Shown here: positions 57,147-64,000 of the stretch, piece after piece
Layout of the letters: the number at the start of each line of letters is the position of its first letter
Position numbering within the stretch: the first letter of the stretch is position 1
Source: Chloroflexia bacterium
GTDB lineage: Bacteria; Chloroflexota; Chloroflexia; QHBQ01; JAICKM01
Length of the DNA: 64,000 bases
Assembly (NCBI GenBank): GCA_038228295.1
Contig: JBBRPH010000020.1
Coordinates: 3,534-67,533, forward strand
Direction: 5' to 3'
Position numbers and translations under genes: made by a program
The notes under the pieces: model-generated
The model's database searches: none
What the model was told of the DNA's origin: nothing
Seen by the model: the letters and a program-made list of their open reading frames with translations, nothing else

Positions 57147-57739
57147 GTGGATCGGCGGTGCGGCTGCTGGCGCTCGACGGCGATCATACGCTGTGGCAGC
57201 CGCTCGACGGCACTTGCGCCTCGGAACGCTATCCCGATGATCCGGTAGGCGCGGCCGACTTCCGCTTCGCGCCCGATCCGGCAGCTCCCGACCTTATCGT
57301 CAGAGCAGACGGTCCGCGTTTTCAGCTTTTGCCGGGAGTACGTGCTACCTTGACTGCCTCTCACGCGGCCGGGCTGGGTTTGGCAACGATTAGCTACAAC
57401 CACCAGCCGCCGATCCAGGCCATGCTGGCCGCCTTTGGACTGTTGCCGCTGTTCCGCCAGGTTGTCGCGGCTTGGACTCCCGACAAAGCAGCTATGCTCC
57501 GCACGATCCTAGCAGGCGAAGCCGCTGCGGGGCAGCCTATTGCCCCCGCCGCCCTGCTGTTCGTGGACGACGATCCTAACGGCCTCTACCGTCCGATGGC
57601 TGCTGCGGTCGGCGTGCAGTTTCTGCAAATGGGCCGACCGGATGAACTGCGTGACTGGGCGGATCTGGCGCGCTACTTGCACGAGGCGGGTGCACTACCC
57701 CGTCTGCTTGCTCCGCTGCTTGGCGCTAGTAAGCCGTAG
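57128..57739 (+). CDS. HAD-superfamily phosphatase (MDP-1-like)
   Basis: LDGDHTLW (DxD), SYN, K, LFVDD motifs; overlaps the mshA-like stop. Confidence 0.7.
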   Translation: MPVRDLSGSAVRLLALDGDHTLWQPLDGTCASERYPDDPVGAADFRFAPDPAAPDLIVRADGPRFQLLPGVRATLTASHAAGLGLATISYNHQPPIQAMLAAFGLLPLFRQVVAAWTPDKAAMLRTILAGEAAAGQPIAPAALLFVDDDPNGLYRPMAAAVGVQFLQMGRPDELRDWADLARYLHEAGALPRLLAPLLGASKP

Positions 57740-57755
57740 ACCGCTAATTTGCCCA

Positions 57756-57784
57756 TTGACAAGGCCGGTAAACGGTGCTATGCT
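57756..57784 (+). promoter_or_regulatory. sigma70 promoter of the T-box leader
   Basis: TTGACA-17-TATGCT. Confidence 0.7.
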
Positions 57785-57816
57785 AGAAATACGGTGCATT
57801 GCACCCTGATAATTCT

Positions 57817-58090
57817 GCTGTGACGAGGACATATAGCGCCGGCTATGCGCCAGAGAGACGGGGCCACCGACTGGAAGCCCTGTTCGCCCCTGACCTGCTG
57901 CTACACCTCCTCTGAGCTGATGCCTGGAACCGCCGGATCGCTCCGGCTTATTATAGGCATCCGGTCGGCCCCGTTAGCCGCCGTCTAAGCGTAGCATCGC
58001 TCCTGCCCGGTGGGCCGACCGAAGCTACGGAACTTGGGTGGAACCGCGTGGATACAATCCTCGCCCCAGCACTGGGGCGAGGATTTTTTA
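57817..58090 (+). ncRNA. T-box riboswitch (transcriptional attenuator)
   Basis: GA/K-turn ends gctgtga..tgagc, AGAGA box, stem II gatgcct..aggcatc, CCGTTA, T-box AACTTGGGTGGAACCGCG (58031-58048), terminator aatcctcgcccca..tggggcgaggattttt. Confidence 0.9.
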
Positions 58091-58150
58091 TTGTGGTGTG
58101 CCGCCCGGTATTTACCGGCCATACACACATAAGCATAAGGAGGGTTCCCG

Positions 58151-58360
58151 ATGGCTCGCTATGAATTGTCTGCCGACCGCCAACCAGACTTGGCGGTCGC
58201 CCCCGCGCCGGACTGGCCGCTACCTGTGGCTGTGGGCGATGGGGATGACTGGTCGGGTGTGATCGGCTGTTGCCATGCGCTGCGCCCGCCACCCGCCGCG
58301 CCGCCGGCTTTACCCGCCGATGACGCGGAGGATTGGGGTTATGAGCAAGTAGCCTGTTGA
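58151..58360 (+). CDS. Small hypothetical protein directly downstream of the T-box
   Basis: Strong SD TAAGGAGG before ATG; no recognised motif. Confidence 0.5.
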   Translation: MARYELSADRQPDLAVAPAPDWPLPVAVGDGDDWSGVIGCCHALRPPPAAPPALPADDAEDWGYEQVAC

Positions 58361-58421
58361 GCGTGCGGACTGGTGGCACCGATGTTGCTGCCTTGCCTTT
58401 CAACGACGAAAGGATCCTTCT

Positions 58422-59357
58422 ATGCTACAGATAGCGGTTGCTCCCGCCGGCGCGATTGGGGCTTATTTTGGTGGGCGGCTAGCCCAAGCCGGGGCCGGTG
58501 TGCGCTTCCTGGCGCGTGGAGCGCAACTGCGTGCCCTGCAACAAAGGCTGGTGGTGCAAAGTATCGCCGGCGATTTTCAATTAGAGCCGCCGGCTTATAA
58601 CGTCAGCGAGGATGCGGCAGCGGTCGTGCATGGGGCTGACTTCGTGCTGTTCGCGCCCAAAGCGTTCGATACGGCAAGCGTGGCTCAGGCACTTGCAGCG
58701 CATCTGGGGCCGGCGACGGTGGTGATCTCGTTGCAAAACGGCATCGAAAACGAGGCCGTGTTAGCCGCTGTTTTGGGACCGCAGCGGGTTGCCGCCGGGG
58801 CCGCCTATATTGAGGCCGAAGGCGATGCGCCCGGCCATATCACGCACCGGCGCTTGGGTCGGGTGATTGTCGCTGAACAGACTGAAGCCGGCACGCCCGT
58901 GCCGCAGTTAGATGCGCTGCACGCCCTCAGCACCCGCGCCGGCTTTACATTTGAGCGCGCCGCCGACTCCCGCACCCTAAAGTGGAGCAAGCTAGTGACG
59001 ATCAGCGCCTTAAGCGGCTGGACTGCCGCTGCTCGACGCAAACTCGATGCGATCCTAGTTGACCCGGAGCTACGCGCCGCGTTTACCGCCACGCTGCTCG
59101 AAACCGCGACCGTGGCCGCTGCTGACGGCGCACACCTGGACCCGGCGCAAACCGTCGCCGGGGTGCTGGCGCTGTGTGCCAAGTTGGGCGACATGGGTAG
59201 CTCGCTGCTTTACGATCTGGAACACAACCGCCGGCTAGAAGTAGACGCGCTGAACGGAGCAGTAGTTCGCCGGGGCCGTGCGCTTGGTATCGCTACGCCC
59301 TACAATCAGGCGCTGCTGGCTTTGTTGGGTGCTCAGCAGGGTACTGTTCGCGCTTAA
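58422..59357 (+). CDS. panE: Ketopantoate reductase family protein
   Basis: AGAIG, KAFD, SLQNG, KWSKL, SSLLYD, LEVDALNG. Confidence 0.8.
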   Translation: MLQIAVAPAGAIGAYFGGRLAQAGAGVRFLARGAQLRALQQRLVVQSIAGDFQLEPPAYNVSEDAAAVVHGADFVLFAPKAFDTASVAQALAAHLGPATVVISLQNGIENEAVLAAVLGPQRVAAGAAYIEAEGDAPGHITHRRLGRVIVAEQTEAGTPVPQLDALHALSTRAGFTFERAADSRTLKWSKLVTISALSGWTAAARRKLDAILVDPELRAAFTATLLETATVAAADGAHLDPAQTVAGVLALCAKLGDMGSSLLYDLEHNRRLEVDALNGAVVRRGRALGIATPYNQALLALLGAQQGTVRA

Positions 59358-59377
59358 CGCTGCCCCTTGTGGCGTGA

Positions 59378-60385
59378 CTACTCCGCCTCGTCGGAGGCGG
59401 ATGGGCGGACGAGATGCAAGTGGGCTGGTTCGCCGGGTACCAAGATAGGTGTGGGCGGGGCGGCTTTCTCGTGCACATAGGTCCGCAGGTAGCGCAGTAG
59501 CACCGGATCGAGTTGTGCGTCGGGGCGCAGGCGGTCTTCCAGATTTTCGCGCTCGGCGAACGCGGTGAAGGCACCGGCGGTGACCGCATCAAAGGCTGAG
59601 TCGCTGGGCACAGTGGGTAGATAATGCGCTTGGTGCAGCAGGGCGCGTAGTTCGGCCAGCAGGCTACCGGTCAGCGGGCGCAGGGCAGCCGGATCGGGCG
59701 GCTGGAAATAGAGTTGGTGCAGATCGAGGATGCGGCGCAGTTCGGCGATAGGCGCGGGGTGATCATCCACACGCAGGTCAATATAGCGGTCGTTGAAGGC
59801 TGAGTAGCCGCCGTCCGCACGCACCACCAGCAGGGCCGCCGACTGCATACCGCGACTATCACCGCCCGCCGTTTGGCCTGCCGCCAGCGCCGCCACCAGA
59901 TGATCGGCCAATTCACCCTGTCCACTGGTCTGTTCGGTTAGCAACGTCTCCACTAGCGCGTCCACCGTCGCCTCACTGACCAAGATATTGCCCTGTGCGG
60001 CGAAGTGCGGTCCGCTGCGCCCGCCTGCCCAGGCGAAGCACTCCGGGCCGGTATACGTCGCCGCCCGGCCTTGCGCGTCCACAAGGCCGGCTTGCCGCTT
60101 GGCGCGCCCTTCGTCGGCAGCCGTCAGTTGATCCAACACCGTCTGCGGATCGTGGCCTGCCGCCAGCGCGTTTAATCCGGCTGGGCCATAGGTTGTGTTG
60201 GCCCATGCTTGCGTGGCAATGGCGCCTACGCCCGCCCGCGCCCACGGTACTACTGCGCCCACGCCCAGGAACTTGGACTGCACGACCACGCCCAAGTCGC
60301 CGTTGCGCGGATCATGCGCGACAAGAGAAAACGTTGCCACGAGCGGTGTGTGAGGGGCGACGGAAACTCGCTTGGGATGCGACAT
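59378..60385 (-). CDS. DUF1028 Ntn-hydrolase-like protein with C-terminal peptidoglycan-binding-like domain
   Basis: TFSLVA, GAIATQA, AQGNIL, GGDSRG.QSAAL, DLRVDDH, ENLEDR. Confidence 0.88.
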   Translation of the reverse strand: MSHPKRVSVAPHTPLVATFSLVAHDPRNGDLGVVVQSKFLGVGAVVPWARAGVGAIATQAWANTTYGPAGLNALAAGHDPQTVLDQLTAADEGRAKRQAGLVDAQGRAATYTGPECFAWAGGRSGPHFAAQGNILVSEATVDALVETLLTEQTSGQGELADHLVAALAAGQTAGGDSRGMQSAALLVVRADGGYSAFNDRYIDLRVDDHPAPIAELRRILDLHQLYFQPPDPAALRPLTGSLLAELRALLHQAHYLPTVPSDSAFDAVTAGAFTAFAERENLEDRLRPDAQLDPVLLRYLRTYVHEKAAPPTPILVPGEPAHLHLVRPSASDEAE

Positions 60386-60399
60386 AGTGTGCTCCTTAG

Positions 60400-60468
60400 G
60401 TGATGCGTAGTGCGTAAAGAGATGTAATCACGCTTCACGCAACTCAGACCTCAGACCTCAGACCTCCG
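60400..60468. repeat. Heptamer tandem repeats (CTCAGAC x3 and GCGTAA-type inverted pair)
   Basis: gatgcgtagtgcgtaa..tcacgcttcacgc; ctcagacctcagacctcagacctc. Confidence 0.65.
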
Positions 60469-61611
60469 TCACCGGCTCCATGCCGGCGCGCCGGCATCCG
60501 GCAGCACGCCGGCCTGCCCAGAGCCGTCGGCGCGGATACGTGCGATGCCGGTGGGTTGCCAGGCCGGGAAAGTCTCGCCCTGCACCAAGCCGCCGGTTTC
60601 GTAGACAATCCATTGGCCGTCGGGTGCCCAGTTCGCGTGATTGGCGGTGGGCAGGAACAGATATTCGCTGCCGTCGCGGGCGCGCACGCCCACCGCCGGG
60701 CTTTTGTCGTCACTTTGTGCACGATACAGGATCAGCGAGCCGGCGCCGTTAAAGCGCGGCAGCGGGCCTTCGGCCGCCGTATCGTTGAGGCGTGTACCGT
60801 CGCGCGTTTTTTCGTTACGATACGGCTGGCGGTCGTCGGTCACGGTATCGTGCAGCACCAACGCACCGTTCAGGGTCTCGGTGAGCAGCAGCGTGCGGAA
60901 GTCCGGCGACCAATCGGGTTCGCCACCGAAGACTGTTAATGGGTTAGCGGTTGAGTCCAGCGGTAATACTTGGATCGGCCCGGCGGGACCGCTCACGGCC
61001 ACACGGCGCATATCTCCGGCCCACGTGATGCCCTGCTCGAAGCTAGGACCGACCGCTTCACTCCCACTGGTTATGCGGGTGATCACGACCGCCGGCCCGC
61101 CGGCGACCGGCACAGCCCAGGCGATTTCCGCGCCCATCGTTTGCGCGTCCAAAGTGAAGTAGCCGATCTGCCGGCCGTCGGGCGACCAGTTAGGTCGTTG
61201 GCGGGGGGCCGGCGCACCTTCGGCTAGCGTTGTCTCCGCACCGCTTGCTGTATCCAGCAGCAACAGTTTGCGGTTGCTGATGAAAGCGACGTGCGCGCCG
61301 TCGGGAGCCGGCGCGGGCGGGGCCGTGGCCGGACTGGTGGAAACGACTCGCGCGCCACTGCCGTCAGGTGCGGCGGTCCACACGCGCCCTCCGCGCACGA
61401 ACCAGAGCCGCCCCGTCGGCGCCAGCGTCAGCGGCGCCGGCGTAGGCGTGGGGCCGTTCGATTGCAACACCGGCGTGCGCGTGGTCGATCCAATCACCGG
61501 CGTAAGCTGCTCCAGCGGCGGCTTAGGCACATCGCAGGCAACCACGAACAGCCCCACGAACAGCCCCAGGCAGCCGGCCTGCACGCACATCCAGCCTCGT
61601 CGGTGCTTCAC
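60469..61611 (-). CDS. TolB-like (PD40 repeat) beta-propeller lipoprotein
   Basis: Lipobox VVAC; repeated P.WSPDG motifs. Confidence 0.8.
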   Translation of the reverse strand: MKHRRGWMCVQAGCLGLFVGLFVVACDVPKPPLEQLTPVIGSTTRTPVLQSNGPTPTPAPLTLAPTGRLWFVRGGRVWTAAPDGSGARVVSTSPATAPPAPAPDGAHVAFISNRKLLLLDTASGAETTLAEGAPAPRQRPNWSPDGRQIGYFTLDAQTMGAEIAWAVPVAGGPAVVITRITSGSEAVGPSFEQGITWAGDMRRVAVSGPAGPIQVLPLDSTANPLTVFGGEPDWSPDFRTLLLTETLNGALVLHDTVTDDRQPYRNEKTRDGTRLNDTAAEGPLPRFNGAGSLILYRAQSDDKSPAVGVRARDGSEYLFLPTANHANWAPDGQWIVYETGGLVQGETFPAWQPTGIARIRADGSGQAGVLPDAGAPAWSR

Positions 61612-62654
61612 AGACCCGCTCCTAGCGAGGCGCTATCCGGCTCGATCACATAGGCCACGCCGCCGTGGCGTAAAAAGACGTGGCGCAAGCCGGCGCGGGA
61701 GTAGCGACGCGCCACTGCTTGGCCGTGCGTCGGATCGGCATCCGGTTCGTTAACAAGGAAATCACCGGCTGCCGTCACGCCGGTCACCACCAATAGGTGG
61801 CCCGCCGTGCCTGCCGTGGGCGATTCCGGCAGTTCGCCTGCGGCGAATGCGATACTGATCACGATCGGCCGGCCCGCCTGTAGCTCGCGTTCCAGGTCGC
61901 CCAAACAGGTGAAATGGCGCACTACGGCCCGCAACCCGCAGCTGCCGGCGTAGGCGACGTTGAACGCCCAGTTGCCGTAGATCGCCGCGCCGTGGTCGAA
62001 CACGGCCTCGGCCACCTGGGTTGTCGGTTGGTCGTGGCCGTAGAACTGTAGCACCATACCCAGCGAGGTGGGGCTGCACACATGGAGCGCAAGGTCGGCG
62101 GGCGCGGCGTGCTGCGAACGGGCGGGCACCGGCAACTGCACGGCCCGGCCTAACGGCGGGTCGGCGGCGGGCGGCGGCAGCGACCGCCTCCGGTGGATAG
62201 TGCTGACCGCCAGCCGCCGCACCGTCGGCGTGGTTGTACCCCCGCTCAGGTGGAGCCGCACGGCAAAGGCCGTTGCTTCCAGCCCGGAATCGAGGCGTAA
62301 CACATCAATCTCGTGCCGCAAGCCGGCGTCCCCGCCGCTGCTGCTGCGCGGTAGTCGCTGGTCAGGCGCCGCTACGTTCCGGCCCCAATGGCCCATCGTC
62401 TGCCAGTCCGACCAGTCGGCGGCTTCCGGCGGCGCATCTGCTGCCCCGTAACGCAGGCGCAAGTCTGCCTGTAGCGCGGTGCCCGGCGGCATATCGGCAT
62501 TCCACGACAGGATTGCTTCGGTGAACGGCGCGGCACTCAGGTCTATCGGGGTTAATTCGTAGCCTGCCTCGGCCATGTAGCGCACGGGAGGATCGGTGGG
62601 AGGGGTTAGTTCGGGTAACACGAACCGGGTATGATCGAGCCATAGCATGGGCAC
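61608..62654 (-). CDS. Peptidase C39-like protein
   Basis: RSQ, CSPTSLGMVL, YGNWAFN, GHLLVV, VNEP. Confidence 0.82.
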   Translation of the reverse strand: MPMLWLDHTRFVLPELTPPTDPPVRYMAEAGYELTPIDLSAAPFTEAILSWNADMPPGTALQADLRLRYGAADAPPEAADWSDWQTMGHWGRNVAAPDQRLPRSSSGGDAGLRHEIDVLRLDSGLEATAFAVRLHLSGGTTTPTVRRLAVSTIHRRRSLPPPAADPPLGRAVQLPVPARSQHAAPADLALHVCSPTSLGMVLQFYGHDQPTTQVAEAVFDHGAAIYGNWAFNVAYAGSCGLRAVVRHFTCLGDLERELQAGRPIVISIAFAAGELPESPTAGTAGHLLVVTGVTAAGDFLVNEPDADPTHGQAVARRYSRAGLRHVFLRHGGVAYVIEPDSASLGAGL

Positions 62655-62854
62655 AGGATCTCCTCTAATCTATCGGCCCAGTATAGCAAGCCCGTCGTGC
62701 GCTGGCAAGGTGATCGGCAATCGGGTATAATTGGCAACTGCGGGTCGCCTATTTGCGTGTGCCTGGATCTAGCGGACAGAGCTGCCGCATTAACGCAATT
62801 GTGGCGAACTTTTAAGCAAACTTTAATCTGCTGACCACGTTAGGGAGTACCGCA

Positions 62855-63937
62855 TTGACTGTTTTAGCTCGGCAACGCAATAAAATCCTGGGGTCGGTGG
62901 CTTTCGCCGTATTGGTGTATGCGCTCTTCCTCGGTCTCAACGACTACGGCAAGCTCTCGAAAGTGCTGGCAACGTTTACCTGGAGCCTGATCCCGGTGAT
63001 CTTGTTCTTTAGCGCTTTCAACTACACCTTGCGCTTTCTCAAATGGCATTTCTACCTGCACGTCGTTGGGGTGCGCGGTATTCGCTGGCCCGACAGCCTG
63101 TTGATCTTTCTTAGCGGCTTCAGCATGACGATTACGCCGGGCAAAGCGGGCGAGTGGTTGAAATCGCTGATGGTCAAGCAGCTCACCGGCACCCCCATTG
63201 CCACAACTGCCCCGATCATCCTGGCCGAGCGTATGACTGACGGGTTGGCGATGTTGCTGCTGGCGGGAGCGGGTCTATTCCTGTTCGACAACCCGCTGGT
63301 GCGCTGGTTTATGATCGCGGTGATCATCGGCGCAGTGGTCGTCACGGCGCTGATCCAAAACCGGCGCTTTGCCGGCTGGGCGGCCGGGCGGTTGCGGCGC
63401 ATCTCGTTCCTGAGCGGCCGCGTGGATGGATTGCGCGCTTTCTATCTCAGCACGTATCAATTGTTGCGTCTGCAAAACCTGGCCCTGGCTGTCGCGCTCG
63501 GTTTCGTCTCCTGGTCGGGCGAGTGCATCGCCCTGTTCTTGATACTCAACGGCATGGGCATCCCCATGTCGTGGCAACTGCTGGTGCTGTCGTCGTTTGC
63601 GATGGGCACCTCCACGCTGGTCGGATCGGTGCTCCTGTTGCCGGGCGGCTTGGGTGCCACTGAGGGCAGCATCGAAGGCTTGCTGACTCTGTTCGGCCGG
63701 CCGCCGTCGCTACCCACCGGAATAATTACGCCCACCGTTGCCACGGCGGCGACTTTGCTGATCCGCTTTGCCACACTTTGGTTTGGTGTGGCGGTCGGCT
63801 TCGTCGCTCTGGCCCTCGCTCAGGCCCGTTTTGGTAAGATTGTTGAGCCGCCGCTGGACTCTACCGACCTTTCGGCGAAAGGGGGGGCGGATCTCCCTGC
63901 GTTGGAGGAGCGCACGCCGGTGCGCGTGAGCCGATGA
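62855..63937 (+). CDS. Lysylphosphatidylglycerol synthase TM / flippase-like membrane protein
   Basis: RFLKW, TPGKAGE, AERMTD, PGGLGATEG. Confidence 0.85.
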   Translation: MTVLARQRNKILGSVAFAVLVYALFLGLNDYGKLSKVLATFTWSLIPVILFFSAFNYTLRFLKWHFYLHVVGVRGIRWPDSLLIFLSGFSMTITPGKAGEWLKSLMVKQLTGTPIATTAPIILAERMTDGLAMLLLAGAGLFLFDNPLVRWFMIAVIIGAVVVTALIQNRRFAGWAAGRLRRISFLSGRVDGLRAFYLSTYQLLRLQNLALAVALGFVSWSGECIALFLILNGMGIPMSWQLLVLSSFAMGTSTLVGSVLLLPGGLGATEGSIEGLLTLFGRPPSLPTGIITPTVATAATLLIRFATLWFGVAVGFVALALAQARFGKIVEPPLDSTDLSAKGGADLPALEERTPVRVSR

Positions 63938-64000
63938 GCCGCCTGCTGCGGGGTATCATGACTGTCGGTTGCTTACCGGCGGTGGCGGGGCTGCTCGTTG
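63934..64000 (+). CDS. 5' end of the next gene (signal-peptide-like, truncated by the window)
   Basis: ATGA overlap; MSRLLRGIMTVGCLPAVAGLL. Confidence 0.45.
   Translation, partial: MSRLLRGIMTVGCLPAVAGLLV

Noticed and set aside
62808-62827. TTAAG/TTAAT 11-bp-period repeat as an OmpR-type box
   Set aside because: Too short to distinguish from chance
1-64000. tRNA, rRNA, transposase, integrase or prophage genes
   Set aside because: None recognised on either strand

Overview
High-GC bacterial chromosome segment, most consistent with Chloroflexota (inferred from gene content: class F sortase fused to a Chloroflexi-type N-terminal domain, Ala/Pro/Thr-linker lipoproteins, cyclase-STAND-TPR paralogues, T-box). 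Housekeeping content: an osmoprotectant ABC operon interrupted by a globin carrying an in-frame TAG, yraN-rnhB-rplS, actP, uvsE, acyl-CoA ligase, tig-clpP-clpX, udk, glycosyltransferases, PadR/monooxygenase, crtI-like desaturase, SRAP, mshA-like operon and panE-like gene. The best candidate for an undescribed system is 28.5-36.2 kb. Two cyclase-STAND-TPR (NLR-like) genes flank a flavin oxidoreductase and a small secreted peptide gene with six GSSGGG repeats and its own promoter, RBS and terminator. The peptide promoter region, the flavoenzyme and the TPR sensor end of the upstream STAND gene are markedly lower in GC than the flanks, suggesting a swappable signal/modifier/receptor cassette. Other notable items: a complete T-box upstream of non-synthetase genes, a receiver-Ser/Thr kinase fusion, and two families of intergenic inverted short-tandem-repeat elements. 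Product calls come from motif recognition by eye, not database searches.
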